Positions 31,553 to 41,193 of a stretch of 64,000 bases of DNA are shown in pieces. The position numbers and the translations under genes were made by a program. Source of the DNA: a virus; IMG/VR virus record IMGVR_UViG_3300033233_000006, positions 32,001 to 96,000 of that record, one strand, 5' to 3'. Position 1 is the first letter of the stretch, and every line of letters starts with the position of its first letter. Under the pieces are notes generated by a model, which was not told where the DNA came from, searched no databases, and worked only from the letters and a program-made list of their open reading frames with translations.

Positions 31553-31945
31553 TTGTCCTTCACCCCGCCGTACAAACTCGATCCGTATGAGTCCGTGAGG
31601 AGCCCGGGAGGGCTCCCCATCCTCATGCAGCGCGGGATGCACGACGTGATCGAGAAGGAGAAGGACGGGAGCCTACACGACAAGTTCGTAAAAGCCTTTA
31701 ACGTTATCGCGTTCTCGCTCGCGGAGTCGGGTCGGTTGAAGGAGGGCCACCTCACGCTCACCGGGAGCAAGGGGCTCGCGCGCGAGAAGGAAGTGAAGCG
31801 GCTCCCCGATACGCTGGCAAAGCAGCGACAGCTCGTGAAGTGGGCCGACAAGCTCAAGGCCCAATACCCGGGCCGCTACGACAACTCGTGGTGGAACGAC
31901 CCGTACCGCGGCGTCGCGCCCAAGCCGCAAGCGGCTCCGCGATGA
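31553..31945 (+). CDS. Hypothetical protein
   Basis: RBS AGGAG; TTG start. Confidence 0.6.
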   Translation: MSFTPPYKLDPYESVRSPGGLPILMQRGMHDVIEKEKDGSLHDKFVKAFNVIAFSLAESGRLKEGHLTLTGSKGLAREKEVKRLPDTLAKQRQLVKWADKLKAQYPGRYDNSWWNDPYRGVAPKPQAAPR

Positions 31946-31954
31946 GGTGCGCCC

Positions 31955-32692
31955 GTGGCTGACATCCAGAACCCGAATCCCCCTTCGTATCCCTATGGGC
32001 AGTTCAAGCAGCTCCCGAGCGCAGACGGAGTCAGGCCGCTGCCCGACACCTTCATCGGGCCGCGTGACAAGGCGTACGCCGACTTCAAGGCGCGCGACAA
32101 GATCCGCATCCGCGGCGTCGACGCCTTCTACTACGCCAAGCTCGACCAGCCGAGGCGCATCGACAGCAAGGACGCGACGCCGCTCAAGAACTCGGAAGCC
32201 GTCGCCGAAGACGTGCTCAAGCGGCGGTCACACGCCGGTATGGCGCTCTACGGCGAGAACGCGCTCGTCGGCGAGCGGCTCGACTCGATCCACCGCGAGA
32301 TCCAGCCCGACTGGGCCCCCGACAAGGCGATCCTCGTGCGCGGCCTCCCGTTCGAGGTCCAGCAGGAGCAGAACGCCAACGAGCGCGGCGGCACCTACGT
32401 CCGGCAGCTCAAGTTCGATCTCGCTCGCGCCTCGTGCGAGACCGAGTGGAGCATCGCGCCCGAGCCGGGCGACATCGTCCGCATCCCGAAACTCTTCGAC
32501 ACGACCGGCGACGACTCGGGCGGCTACTTCGACGTGCTGAAAGTAGACGAGGACGAGACCAGGTTCGGCAGCACGGGTTTTTTCGTCTGCTACCGTCTCT
32601 CACTCTTCCGGTCGAGTCGCTACCCGGCGGAACGCAAGCTGTCGCCGGAGAAGACCACGACCGAACAAGACTTGCAGGAGCGAAGCACATGA
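31955..32692 (+). CDS. Putative neck / head-closure protein (gp14-like)
   Basis: IRIRGVDAFYY...PEPGDIVRIP...YFDVLKVDE; position after gp13. Confidence 0.6.
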   Translation: MADIQNPNPPSYPYGQFKQLPSADGVRPLPDTFIGPRDKAYADFKARDKIRIRGVDAFYYAKLDQPRRIDSKDATPLKNSEAVAEDVLKRRSHAGMALYGENALVGERLDSIHREIQPDWAPDKAILVRGLPFEVQQEQNANERGGTYVRQLKFDLARASCETEWSIAPEPGDIVRIPKLFDTTGDDSGGYFDVLKVDEDETRFGSTGFFVCYRLSLFRSSRYPAERKLSPEKTTTEQDLQERST

Positions 32693-33084
32693 GACTCGCG
32701 ACCGAGATCCTCGCTGACCAGCTCGTCGCCTCGCTCTCCGAGGCGTGCTGCGGCGAGTGCGGCTCCATGAGCAAGCAGCTCGGCAAGAAGGTCTGCTGCG
32801 GCGGCCACAAGGAAGAGGAGAAGCCCGCTCCGAAGACGGAGGCGGCTGACCGCCACACGCATCCCTTCATCAAGAGGTGCGTCGCCGCGATGACGGGCAA
32901 GGAAGGGTCGAAGGACCCCCACAAGCCGGCCCAGCTCTCCTCGGCCTTCGCTATCTGCGTAGCCTCCAAGAAGAAGCACCCAGGTGCGGCGAAGGAGAAG
33001 GCGAAGGAGGGCGTGCCCGAGAAGAAGATGGCCGCCTACGAGAAGGCGCTCTCGGTCGCTCGCAAGGCGCGGGCGAAGAAGTAG
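32689..33084 (+). CDS. Basic hypothetical protein (possible virion-internal)
   Basis: RBS AGGAG; ATGA overlap; SSAFAICVAS. Confidence 0.65.
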   Translation: MRLATEILADQLVASLSEACCGECGSMSKQLGKKVCCGGHKEEEKPAPKTEAADRHTHPFIKRCVAAMTGKEGSKDPHKPAQLSSAFAICVASKKKHPGAAKEKAKEGVPEKKMAAYEKALSVARKARAKK

Positions 33085-33804
33085 ATGTTCTCGCTCAAGG
33101 TCACGGTCAAGGGCGATCCCAAGGAGATCGAGCGCCGACTCCGGCTGGCGAGCCAGCTCACCGCGGAGAACGCGAGCTACAAGATCGCCGAGCTGGTGCG
33201 CCAGAAACTTCCGAGCGGCGGCTGGTACGACATCTACCGCCACGCGATCAACTACTTCGTCTCCAAGGACGGACGGAGGTGGGCTGTCGCGGGCCGGTGG
33301 GAGACGCAGTTCTCGACGTTCCCCGCCGAGGGGACGCTGATCGAGTTCGAGGGCGCTGGCGATGTCGCTGACGTGCTCATGCAGTACAGCCCGTGGGCGA
33401 TCGACCAGATCCCAGCCATCTCCGGCGGTTACCGACTCACTGTTGTCGCTCGACCGGCTCCTGCGGGGGATGTCGAGACGCGTCGGACGGCCATTATCGG
33501 CGCTCGCGCGGCGATCCTCGACAAGCTCAAGGCGGCGGGTGCGACGCCGACCGATGGGTTCCCGGCCATCAACGGACGCGTCTACGCCGACATCGCTTTC
33601 ATGGCGAAGGCGCTCGAACACGGGCTCGCAGGGCTCAAGCGCGTTCCGCACTGGGTCGTCGCCTTCAACGAGGCTCGACACGAGATCGCCAACTGGACCG
33701 AAGAATCAAGAGGGCGCATCCAGGCCATTCTCGATGGGTCAGCCGATTTCAAACCCAAGGCTCAGCCGATGCCGCCGGAGATGGATCGCGCGTCGGGCGC
33801 GTAG
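33085..33804 (+). CDS. Hypothetical virion morphogenesis protein
   Basis: Abuts upstream stop; ...ALEHGLAGLKRVPHW; structural context. Confidence 0.65.
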   Translation: MFSLKVTVKGDPKEIERRLRLASQLTAENASYKIAELVRQKLPSGGWYDIYRHAINYFVSKDGRRWAVAGRWETQFSTFPAEGTLIEFEGAGDVADVLMQYSPWAIDQIPAISGGYRLTVVARPAPAGDVETRRTAIIGARAAILDKLKAAGATPTDGFPAINGRVYADIAFMAKALEHGLAGLKRVPHWVVAFNEARHEIANWTEESRGRIQAILDGSADFKPKAQPMPPEMDRASGA

Positions 33805-33852
33805 CATCGGTAGCTTGTGGCGGCTTCAGCCCGAGGTCCGTAGAATGCCGAC

Positions 33853-34662
33853 ATGGGCTCGCGCGAGTTCGGGCGGCGTACAGGTAATCTGGACAAGCTC
33901 GACTACGACCAGGCCGTCGCCGAGGGTCTCGGTGCCATCTTCGACGACGAGAAGAACCAGTACTTCCTCCCGATGGTCGACTCGAAGGGGCGCGGGATCT
34001 TCATCAGGCCCCAAGGGAGCGATGCGCCCATCGAGATCAGGCGGGCGCTCGTCGTCTTCAAGAAGCCCGAACCGACCAACGTCAACGACATCCTTCCGAT
34101 GATCGTCCTGAACCTCGACGACATCTCGTTCAACGCCAAGCGGCTCCTCGGCGTCACCGAGCAGTATCGCCTCGCCTCGGAGGGCGCCCATCGAGTAAAG
34201 ATCGGGAACGAACTGGGGTGGGACTCGTACGAGACCCGTGAGCAGGAGTGGCCGTTCGATCTGATCTACACCATCGAGTGCTGGAGCAGGTTCCGAGTCG
34301 TCGCAAACCAGCTTCTCCAGATGGCTCAAGTCAAGTATCCTGGTTACGGTTCTCTCACGGTCACCGACAGCATCAACAACGAGCGCGTCTATCACACGTT
34401 CCAAGAGGGCACCCAGGATCTCACGGAGGTCGACTCGCTGGTCGAACGCTACTGCGGCTACAGCCTGACCATCAGAGTCGAAGGCGAATACTCCAACGAA
34501 AAGATCGCCTTCGACGCCCCCGCCTTCCTCGGCCAGACCATTCCTGCTTCTGGGGGTGGCGGTGGAGGGGGTGGAGGTGGTGGAATAGACCTTGGCCCCG
34601 GCGGTCTCATCGGCGATGGCCGTCCTACCGAGCGTGTTACGCTCATAGAACCCGACGAATGA
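33853..34662 (+). CDS. Putative tail terminator / sheath stabiliser (gp15-like)
   Basis: LPMIVLNLDDISFNAKR...PFDLIYTIECWSR; before sheath gene. Confidence 0.6.
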   Translation: MGSREFGRRTGNLDKLDYDQAVAEGLGAIFDDEKNQYFLPMVDSKGRGIFIRPQGSDAPIEIRRALVVFKKPEPTNVNDILPMIVLNLDDISFNAKRLLGVTEQYRLASEGAHRVKIGNELGWDSYETREQEWPFDLIYTIECWSRFRVVANQLLQMAQVKYPGYGSLTVTDSINNERVYHTFQEGTQDLTEVDSLVERYCGYSLTIRVEGEYSNEKIAFDAPAFLGQTIPASGGGGGGGGGGGIDLGPGGLIGDGRPTERVTLIEPDE

Positions 34663-34690
34663 GCGCAGCGCGCTCGCGGAGTATGACGAG

Positions 34691-34987
34691 ATGAGCTTTT
34701 ACCAAGTCGTCGGCAGCGGCCTCTGGATGATCGACTACCCCCACGGCGACGCCAAGGCCCACCGGACAGGCGACGTGTTCGAGGCGACGCCCGACAACCA
34801 GTCCGTCACCAGAGGACTTCAGATGGGTCGCCTTCGCGAGATGTCCGACCGCGAGTCGACGGCGCTTCGCGCGGCCAAGGTCGCGACCGCCGTTTCGCCG
34901 ACCTCCGGTCCTCCGGTAAAACTCGCCGCACCGGCTGTTCTGGCGGCGCCGACCCCGATCACACCTACGCCCAAGCCGGGCAAGTAG
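34691..34987 (+). CDS. Small hypothetical protein before sheath
   Basis: RBS GGAG; typical codons. Confidence 0.65.
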   Translation: MSFYQVVGSGLWMIDYPHGDAKAHRTGDVFEATPDNQSVTRGLQMGRLREMSDRESTALRAAKVATAVSPTSGPPVKLAAPAVLAAPTPITPTPKPGK

Positions 34988-35004
34988 GATAGGAGCCCGC
35001 GAAC

Positions 35005-37761
35005 ATGGCGAACACTCTTGAGATCCTGAGCCCCGGCGTCTTCGGCTTCGAGAAGAAGCCTGGGCGCGCGCCTCAGTCATTCTCCCCGGCCAAGATGGGC
35101 ATCGTCGGGTGGACCGATCAGGGTCCGTCCAACCTGCCGGTCCAGGTCCAGTCGTTCGAGGACTTCAAGGCCGTCTTCGGCGACATCTCGACGCTCAGCG
35201 TCGTTCCGCTCGCGGTGCAGGCGTTCTTCGCGACGGGCGGCCAGGCGGCGTGGGTCAGCCGAGTCGTTCCCGCCGACGCCGTCGCCGCGTCGGTGCAGGT
35301 CGATCCGGTGCCCGGTCCGACGAAGTGGACCTTCACGTCGCTCGGGGAAGGCACCTGGGGCAATTCGACGACGGTCCGCATCCGCGGCAACCAGAACTTC
35401 CTCGACCGCACCCCCGGCTCGGTCAAGTGGGACAAGTTCGACCTCCTCGTTCTCCGACCGTTCCCCGTCGATCCGACGATCATCACGGCGGCTGAGACGT
35501 TCGAGGCGATCACGCTCACCGACGCGACCGCGACCGACTACCTCGGGACGGTGATGGCCGACCCGTCGCGGCGCTCGACGCTCATCACGGTCACGGCTGG
35601 CATCAGCGGCGTGCCGACCGGGCTCCTCGGGGCGAACTACCAGGACGAGGTCAGCGGCGTCGGCACCGGCATCCTGACGAACTTCGTCTTCACGCTCCTC
35701 AACGGGAATGTCCTTCCGGGCAACTACCGGCTCGTCGCGGGCGGCACGCAGGTCAACGACCAGGCCCAGACGCCCACCGGCCTGATCAACAACTCGAACA
35801 TGCTGTTCACGCTGACAGTCCCCGGTTTCCCGATCGCCGACGGAACGCTCAAGCTCTTCTACGCGAAGTTCCCGTCGCTCATCGCGCAGGCGCTCACGGT
35901 CACCGGCGCGATCAACGGCGTCAACAAGGACTTCACAGTCGCCATCGGCGCGTTGGGCAACGCCGTCTACCGCGAGGGCACGGTCTTCCGCATCCGCTAC
36001 GCCGCTGTCGCGGGCGCGTCGCCGCAGCTCCTCTTCACGGTCGGCGCATCGCCCGCGACCTACGACCTCTCGACCACGCCGCTCACGAGCACGCCGATCA
36101 TGCCCGGCTCGGTCTCGATCGCGGTGACCACGGTCGCGAACGGTGCGCAGGTCATCACCGACGACGGCAACGGGAATCTCACCAACCCGCTCGCTCTGGC
36201 GGCACCCGGTACGATCGACTACGTCACGGGCGCGATGACGGGCATCACCCTCACGCTCACGGCGCTGTCGACGGTGGTCGCGACTTACAACTCCTCGCTC
36301 GCGATCACCAAGGGCGCATCGAGCAGCAACGTGGCGCAGGGCGTTGCGCTCGTCGGCTCGATCGACGGCACCGGCGTCAACACGATCAACCTCACGAACT
36401 CGACGACTGCGCCGACCACGAACGGCGCCATCTCGTTCAGAACGTTCGTCGCCCCGCTCGCCGGCACGACCATCCTCATCGACTACGTGAGGACTGGCAT
36501 CATCAACTCGTCACTCGCGGGCGTGCTCACGGGCGACGTGAACCTCGTGCCGACCCACACGATCGACTTCACGACCGGTCTCACCCAGTTCACGACGACG
36601 TTCCCGCCGCTCACCGGCACGACGATCGACGCCACCTACCAGACCGGTCTCGTCATCAGGGACAACGGCCTCGGGCGCCTGATCGGCAACGTCAATCCGA
36701 CCGGGGTCAACACGATCGACTACGCCACGGGCGCGGTGAACGCCCAGTTCTCGACGCCGCCGCTCAGCGGAGCGACGCTCTACTCGAACTACGACACGCT
36801 CGCGCCGTTCCTCGACTTCCCGCTCACCGGCGGACTCAACGGCAGCGCGATCAGCCGGTCGGACATCTCGCTGGCGGGACCGCCGATCACCGGGCTCGAA
36901 GCGACGAAGAAGGGCATCTACGCCCTCGATCTCGTCGAGGAGCCGCTCAACGTCATCGTGCCCGACTTCGAGGGCTCGCAGTTCGTCCAGTTCGACCTCG
37001 TGCAGTTCGGAAAGAACCGGGCCGACAACCGCTTCCTCATCATGGGCTTCGGCTTCGGCACGACGGTCCCCCAGGCGATCCAGTACGTCCTCGTCACCCA
37101 GGCGTGGGACGTGAAGTTCGGAGCGATCTACTACCCCAACATCTACTTCACGAACCCGGTGACGGAGCTGGCCCAGCTCATGCCGGTCACGCCGTTCGCA
37201 GCCGGCATCTACGCGAAGACGGCCCACAACAAGAACGTGGGCAAGGCTCCCGGTGGCGTCGAGGACGGAGCCCTGGACGGCGAGGGCACGGTCGGTCCCG
37301 AGTTCAAGGTCGAGCTGGCCGACCGCAACGCGCTCTACCAGGCCAAGATCAACCCGATCATCTCCTCGCAGGCGACGGGTCTCTCGGTCTGGGGCGTCCG
37401 CACGCTCTCCAACGAGCGCCGGTGGCGGTACGTCAACGCCCGCACGCTGCACGACTACCTCATGTACGCGACGAGCCTCCAGCTCCAGTGGGCCGTCTTC
37501 GAGAACAACGGGCCTCCGCTCTGGGCGAAGATCAGCACCGCGCTCAAGGGCTTCTACGGGTCGCTGTTCCGACTCGGCTACTTCGCGGGCGATACCGAGG
37601 CGCAGGCGTTCGACGTGGTCTGCAACTCGACGAACAACAACCAGAAGACGATCTCGCAGGGCAAGGCGATCATCGACATCGGGTTCGCCCCCAACACCCC
37701 AGCCGAGTTCATCATCTTCACGCTCAAGCAGCCGGTCGGCCAGCAAGCGTCGCTGGTCTAA
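35005..37761 (+). CDS. gp18: Contractile tail sheath protein with large beta-rich insertions
   Basis: LSPGVF, GWTDQGP, FFATGG..AWVSRV, GTWGN, VGKAPGG, INPI, WGVRTL, RYVNAR, VFENN, PAEFI. Confidence 0.95.
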   Translation: MANTLEILSPGVFGFEKKPGRAPQSFSPAKMGIVGWTDQGPSNLPVQVQSFEDFKAVFGDISTLSVVPLAVQAFFATGGQAAWVSRVVPADAVAASVQVDPVPGPTKWTFTSLGEGTWGNSTTVRIRGNQNFLDRTPGSVKWDKFDLLVLRPFPVDPTIITAAETFEAITLTDATATDYLGTVMADPSRRSTLITVTAGISGVPTGLLGANYQDEVSGVGTGILTNFVFTLLNGNVLPGNYRLVAGGTQVNDQAQTPTGLINNSNMLFTLTVPGFPIADGTLKLFYAKFPSLIAQALTVTGAINGVNKDFTVAIGALGNAVYREGTVFRIRYAAVAGASPQLLFTVGASPATYDLSTTPLTSTPIMPGSVSIAVTTVANGAQVITDDGNGNLTNPLALAAPGTIDYVTGAMTGITLTLTALSTVVATYNSSLAITKGASSSNVAQGVALVGSIDGTGVNTINLTNSTTAPTTNGAISFRTFVAPLAGTTILIDYVRTGIINSSLAGVLTGDVNLVPTHTIDFTTGLTQFTTTFPPLTGTTIDATYQTGLVIRDNGLGRLIGNVNPTGVNTIDYATGAVNAQFSTPPLSGATLYSNYDTLAPFLDFPLTGGLNGSAISRSDISLAGPPITGLEATKKGIYALDLVEEPLNVIVPDFEGSQFVQFDLVQFGKNRADNRFLIMGFGFGTTVPQAIQYVLVTQAWDVKFGAIYYPNIYFTNPVTELAQLMPVTPFAAGIYAKTAHNKNVGKAPGGVEDGALDGEGTVGPEFKVELADRNALYQAKINPIISSQATGLSVWGVRTLSNERRWRYVNARTLHDYLMYATSLQLQWAVFENNGPPLWAKISTALKGFYGSLFRLGYFAGDTEAQAFDVVCNSTNNNQKTISQGKAIIDIGFAPNTPAEFIIFTLKQPVGQQASLV

Positions 37762-37779
37762 GGCGATAGGAGATAGAGC

Positions 37780-38619
37780 ATGGCTCGCGCTGCGGCAACT
37801 TGGACCCAAACCGAAAAGGACTTCCTCACGAAGTCCTATTCGTCGTTTGGTTCCAAGAAGTGCGCCGCAGCGCTGGAGAGGCCCGAGGGAGCGGTTCGGA
37901 CGATGGCGAACCGCCTCGGGCTCAAGCTCGCCGCAAAGAACGCGACTCACCGGAAGCTCGGCCACAGCCAGAAGGCCGAGATCGTCGCGCTCTACCGGAG
38001 CGATCCGACCATCTCAGCGCAGGCGATCATCGACCAGCTCAAGCTCCCGGTGAAGGTCGATTGCGTCTACAAGGCGCTCGCCCAGGCCGGAGTCAAGCGC
38101 GGAACGACCGGCCAACGCAACCGACGGTGGACCGATGCCGAGGAACTGGTCATCGTTGCCGACTACGTCGGAGGAATGTCGCAGCCCGAGATCGCGGCGG
38201 CTCACAGCACCCGCCCTGGCGTCATTTCGGGCATCCTCAAGCGACGCGGCGTGAAGACGCGGCATCAGGAGCGGGAAATCTCGGATGTCGAGTGGACCGA
38301 GATCATCCGGCGTTATCAAGCGGGCGACGTAATCGTCGAGGGGATCATGTGTCGATACACACCCGACTTCGTTTTGACGAGCGCAGACGGAGACGAGACG
38401 CTGGTCGAGGTGAAGGGCCGCTGGTTCACGCGCTCACGGCTCAAAGTCGAGTCGTTCCGTCTGCTTTACCCACACGCCCATCTCGAAGTGTGGGACGCCT
38501 CCGTCCTGACGGATCTCGGAATCCTCCGTTCGATCACCGAGCGTAACAATGAGCGGCGTCGTAAGGCGAGCGCGACGCCAAACAGCTCCCTAATAAGCTC
38601 AAGCACACAGGAGTCATAA
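37780..38619 (+). CDS. Free-standing endonuclease (HTH repeats plus PD-(D/E)XK domain)
   Basis: WTQTEKDFL/WTDAEELVI HTH repeats; YTPDFVL...LVEVKG. Confidence 0.8.
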   Translation: MARAAATWTQTEKDFLTKSYSSFGSKKCAAALERPEGAVRTMANRLGLKLAAKNATHRKLGHSQKAEIVALYRSDPTISAQAIIDQLKLPVKVDCVYKALAQAGVKRGTTGQRNRRWTDAEELVIVADYVGGMSQPEIAAAHSTRPGVISGILKRRGVKTRHQEREISDVEWTEIIRRYQAGDVIVEGIMCRYTPDFVLTSADGDETLVEVKGRWFTRSRLKVESFRLLYPHAHLEVWDASVLTDLGILRSITERNNERRRKASATPNSSLISSSTQES

Positions 38620-38625
38620 GTCCTT

Positions 38626-39117
38626 ATGGCTAGGGCAGCTGCGACCGACCCGTACCTCAACTTCCGGTTCCACGTCACGGACCCGGCTGGCGGCAACCTG
38701 GACCCGGTCGCCGGGTTCACATCCGTCGCGACGCCCGAGATCAGCATCGAGCCCGCGCCCTACCGCGAGGGCGTCATGCGCTGGACGCAGAAGTACCCGG
38801 GCGTCCAGTCGGTGAGCGAACTCCAGCTCTCGAAGGGCACCGTCCGTCGAGAGTCGGACTTCTTCGCGTGGGTGCTCCGCGTCATCAACGGCGGCGTGGC
38901 GTCGTACCGCACCGACCTCCAGATCGCGGAGTTCCACATCACCGACGCCTTCGGCATCAACGGCGCCCCGTCGCGCATCATGCGCGTGCGCGAGGCGTGG
39001 CCGGGTGCGACGAAGCCGATGGCCGACAAGGACGCGTCGGGCTCGGAAGTCGCCATGCAGTCGCTCACAATTCAGCTCGAAGAGCTTGAGCTAGAGATCA
39101 TCCCCTCCCCGGTGTGA
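38626..39117 (+). CDS. gp19: Tail tube protein (T4 gp19-like)
   Basis: DPYLNFRFHV, AGFTSV, YREG..KYPG, LSKG..FFAW, EAWP. Confidence 0.92.
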   Translation: MARAAATDPYLNFRFHVTDPAGGNLDPVAGFTSVATPEISIEPAPYREGVMRWTQKYPGVQSVSELQLSKGTVRRESDFFAWVLRVINGGVASYRTDLQIAEFHITDAFGINGAPSRIMRVREAWPGATKPMADKDASGSEVAMQSLTIQLEELELEIIPSPV

Positions 39118-39169
39118 GCCCGGAAGCCCCCGTTTACGGCCCCGTCGGAACCTTCTGAGGACCGCGCCC

Positions 39170-39724
39170 ATGAGCCTTTTCGATCGCATCAAGCCGCTGC
39201 ACGAGTTTGACCCGAGCAAGCATGCAGCGGCGGCTGCAAAGGCGCAAAAGACGCTCGGCGCGTTCCAGAAAGCACCGCACGCGCCCACGGGCCACACACC
39301 GGCGATGCAAGCCTTCGACAAGCCCATGCAGGCGAGGAACCAGGCGAAGGCCGACGCGCGCAAGCACGAGGACGCCGGCCCCTCACTCGGTGCTCGCATT
39401 GGCGCCCGAGCGCTGACCGAGCAGACCGAGGCGGAGGCCGCGGCCCATCCCAGGCCGCTCCTCGAAGACCTCGTGGCGGCCCGTTCGGTGCGGTTCTTCT
39501 CGCCGCGCGACATCCAGTACGCGATCGAAGACCTCGCTACGGCAGCGGAGCGGTTCCAAGAGCGAGACTCGCGCTTCAGCTACATGAAGCTCGGTCGTCG
39601 CGGGAAGGACAGCTGCGAGGACGAGAAGAAGGCCAAGGCCATGCTGGAGGCCGCGCTCAAGGAGCTTCGCGAGTCGGCCAACGCCGTGAAGAAGTACGCG
39701 GACCTCTGCGACGCCGACTACTGA
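39170..39724 (+). CDS. Hypothetical protein (possible virion-internal)
   Basis: RBS GAGGA; typical codons. Confidence 0.65.
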   Translation: MSLFDRIKPLHEFDPSKHAAAAAKAQKTLGAFQKAPHAPTGHTPAMQAFDKPMQARNQAKADARKHEDAGPSLGARIGARALTEQTEAEAAAHPRPLLEDLVAARSVRFFSPRDIQYAIEDLATAAERFQERDSRFSYMKLGRRGKDSCEDEKKAKAMLEAALKELRESANAVKKYADLCDADY

Positions 39725-39776
39725 GTCGCGCTCGCATCGATGACGTGGCCGCGGGGTAACACTGGTCGGGAGGTTC

Positions 39777-40046
39777 ATGATGCTGCCAACTCCGCCCGCC
39801 GCGGTTGCGGTGGAGATGCCGCTACAACCGCTCATCGCGCCAGCGCAGACGCACGGCTTGGAGATCGAGCTAGTCGTTCTCACGAACCGGATGATCGAGC
39901 GCCTCGTGGACAAGCGCGCGAGCCTCTCCAACGACGAGCGCCGGCTGCTGGAGCGGACTGCGAAGGCACGCGTGGCCGAGATCCTCAAGCGCACTGCCGT
40001 CGATGTCGCCGAGACGATCAACGGTGTGGTGAAGCGGGCGCCTTGA
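39777..40046 (+). CDS. Small helical hypothetical protein
   Basis: RBS GGAGG. Confidence 0.55.
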   Translation: MMLPTPPAAVAVEMPLQPLIAPAQTHGLEIELVVLTNRMIERLVDKRASLSNDERRLLERTAKARVAEILKRTAVDVAETINGVVKRAP

Positions 40047-40074
40047 GCTACCATGACGAGGTGAGAACCGCGCC

Positions 40075-40629
40075 GTGGCTAGAAGCGTAAATCAAGATCC
40101 GTTCATGTCGCACAATTTTGCCCTGATTGACATCCCGGTGCAGGCCGCCATTCCCACGGCCTTCCCGATCAAGCTCCTCCAGTCGGCCATCACATCGGGT
40201 ACCTTCATCGGCTTCTCCCGCATCTCGATGCCTTCGCTCTCCATCGAAACGAAGGCGATCAAGGAGGGCAACTGGCCGCCGATTCACAAGGTTCTCATGG
40301 GCTTCACCGATGGTGGCGAGGTGACGCTGGAACAGGCGCTCGTGTCGATCAATGCCGACATGTACTTCTGGTTCCAGCAGGCGATCTGGGGGCGGATCGC
40401 TCCACGCCGCGACTTTCTCATCGTCAACACGCGGGCCGACAAACGAATCCCGCAGCGGCTCACCCATCTCGAAGGGTGCATTCCGACTGGCTGGAAGCCC
40501 AGCTCCGACCTCGTCGGCCTGACCGGCGAGGTGGTCATGGAGAGCCTCACGATGGCTGTGACCCGGGTGAGCATCATCCCTCTGCCCATCCCCGTTGCTC
40601 CGCCGACAACCATCGCCCCCCCGGGCTGA
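40075..40629 (+). CDS. Second tail tube paralogue
   Basis: DPFMSHNF, GFSRISMP, IKEGN, VTLEQ, LEGCIPTGWK. Confidence 0.85.
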   Translation: MARSVNQDPFMSHNFALIDIPVQAAIPTAFPIKLLQSAITSGTFIGFSRISMPSLSIETKAIKEGNWPPIHKVLMGFTDGGEVTLEQALVSINADMYFWFQQAIWGRIAPRRDFLIVNTRADKRIPQRLTHLEGCIPTGWKPSSDLVGLTGEVVMESLTMAVTRVSIIPLPIPVAPPTTIAPPG

Positions 40630-40698
40630 TCCACAAGCCCCTTGCCAAGTCAGAGGTGAAGCTAGTATCCTCATCGGAGCGTTGAGGAGCACTACCTC

Positions 40699-41181
40699 AT
40701 GGGTCTGGCTGGTCAGGGTCGTCTGAATTTTGTGATCCCGGAAGCCATCGAGCAGAGGCTCGATGTCTACTGCGATCGCACGGGGCGCACGCCCACCGAT
40801 GTCATCCGCCAGCTCGTGAGCGAGGTGCTCGAAGGCGATCGCGAGCTGTCCAAGGCAGCAGCCGAGCATCCCACCGGGCGTCGGACGAACATTCCGCTCG
40901 GCTACGGCGCGCTTGCGCGCCTCGACGAGTTCGTGCGCGAGGGGAAACACGCGTCAGCCGCGGCGGTCATCGCCACGCTGCTTACCCAGTTCCTCGCGAA
41001 CCGCGTGGACATGAAGGCCGACGAGGTGGTCATCGTCCACGTTCCGCTCCCGGTGTCGGTCTACTCCGCGCTCACGGCTCAGTGTGCGCGGAACGGAACG
41101 CCGATCGAGAAGTTTCTGGCGAAAGAGGCGGCGAGCGCCGCGAACGCCGTCCACGCAAAGTCCAAGGCGAGGCGCAGTTAG
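40699..41181 (+). CDS. Repeated ribbon-helix-helix DNA-binding protein
   Basis: Three strand-helix-helix repeats; RBS GAGGAG; TTGCCA-18-TATCCT upstream. Confidence 0.65.
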   Translation: MGLAGQGRLNFVIPEAIEQRLDVYCDRTGRTPTDVIRQLVSEVLEGDRELSKAAAEHPTGRRTNIPLGYGALARLDEFVREGKHASAAAVIATLLTQFLANRVDMKADEVVIVHVPLPVSVYSALTAQCARNGTPIEKFLAKEAASAANAVHAKSKARRS

Positions 41182-41193
41182 GGAGGCTGAACA

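Noticed and set aside
34552-34585. G-rich run as a possible regulatory or phase-variable tract
   Set aside because: It encodes an in-frame poly-Gly linker with mixed codons; nothing else supports a special role.
37780-38646. Group I intron in the tail tube gene
   Set aside because: The endonuclease ORF fills the interval, leaving no room for a ribozyme core, and the tube gene has its own complete start.
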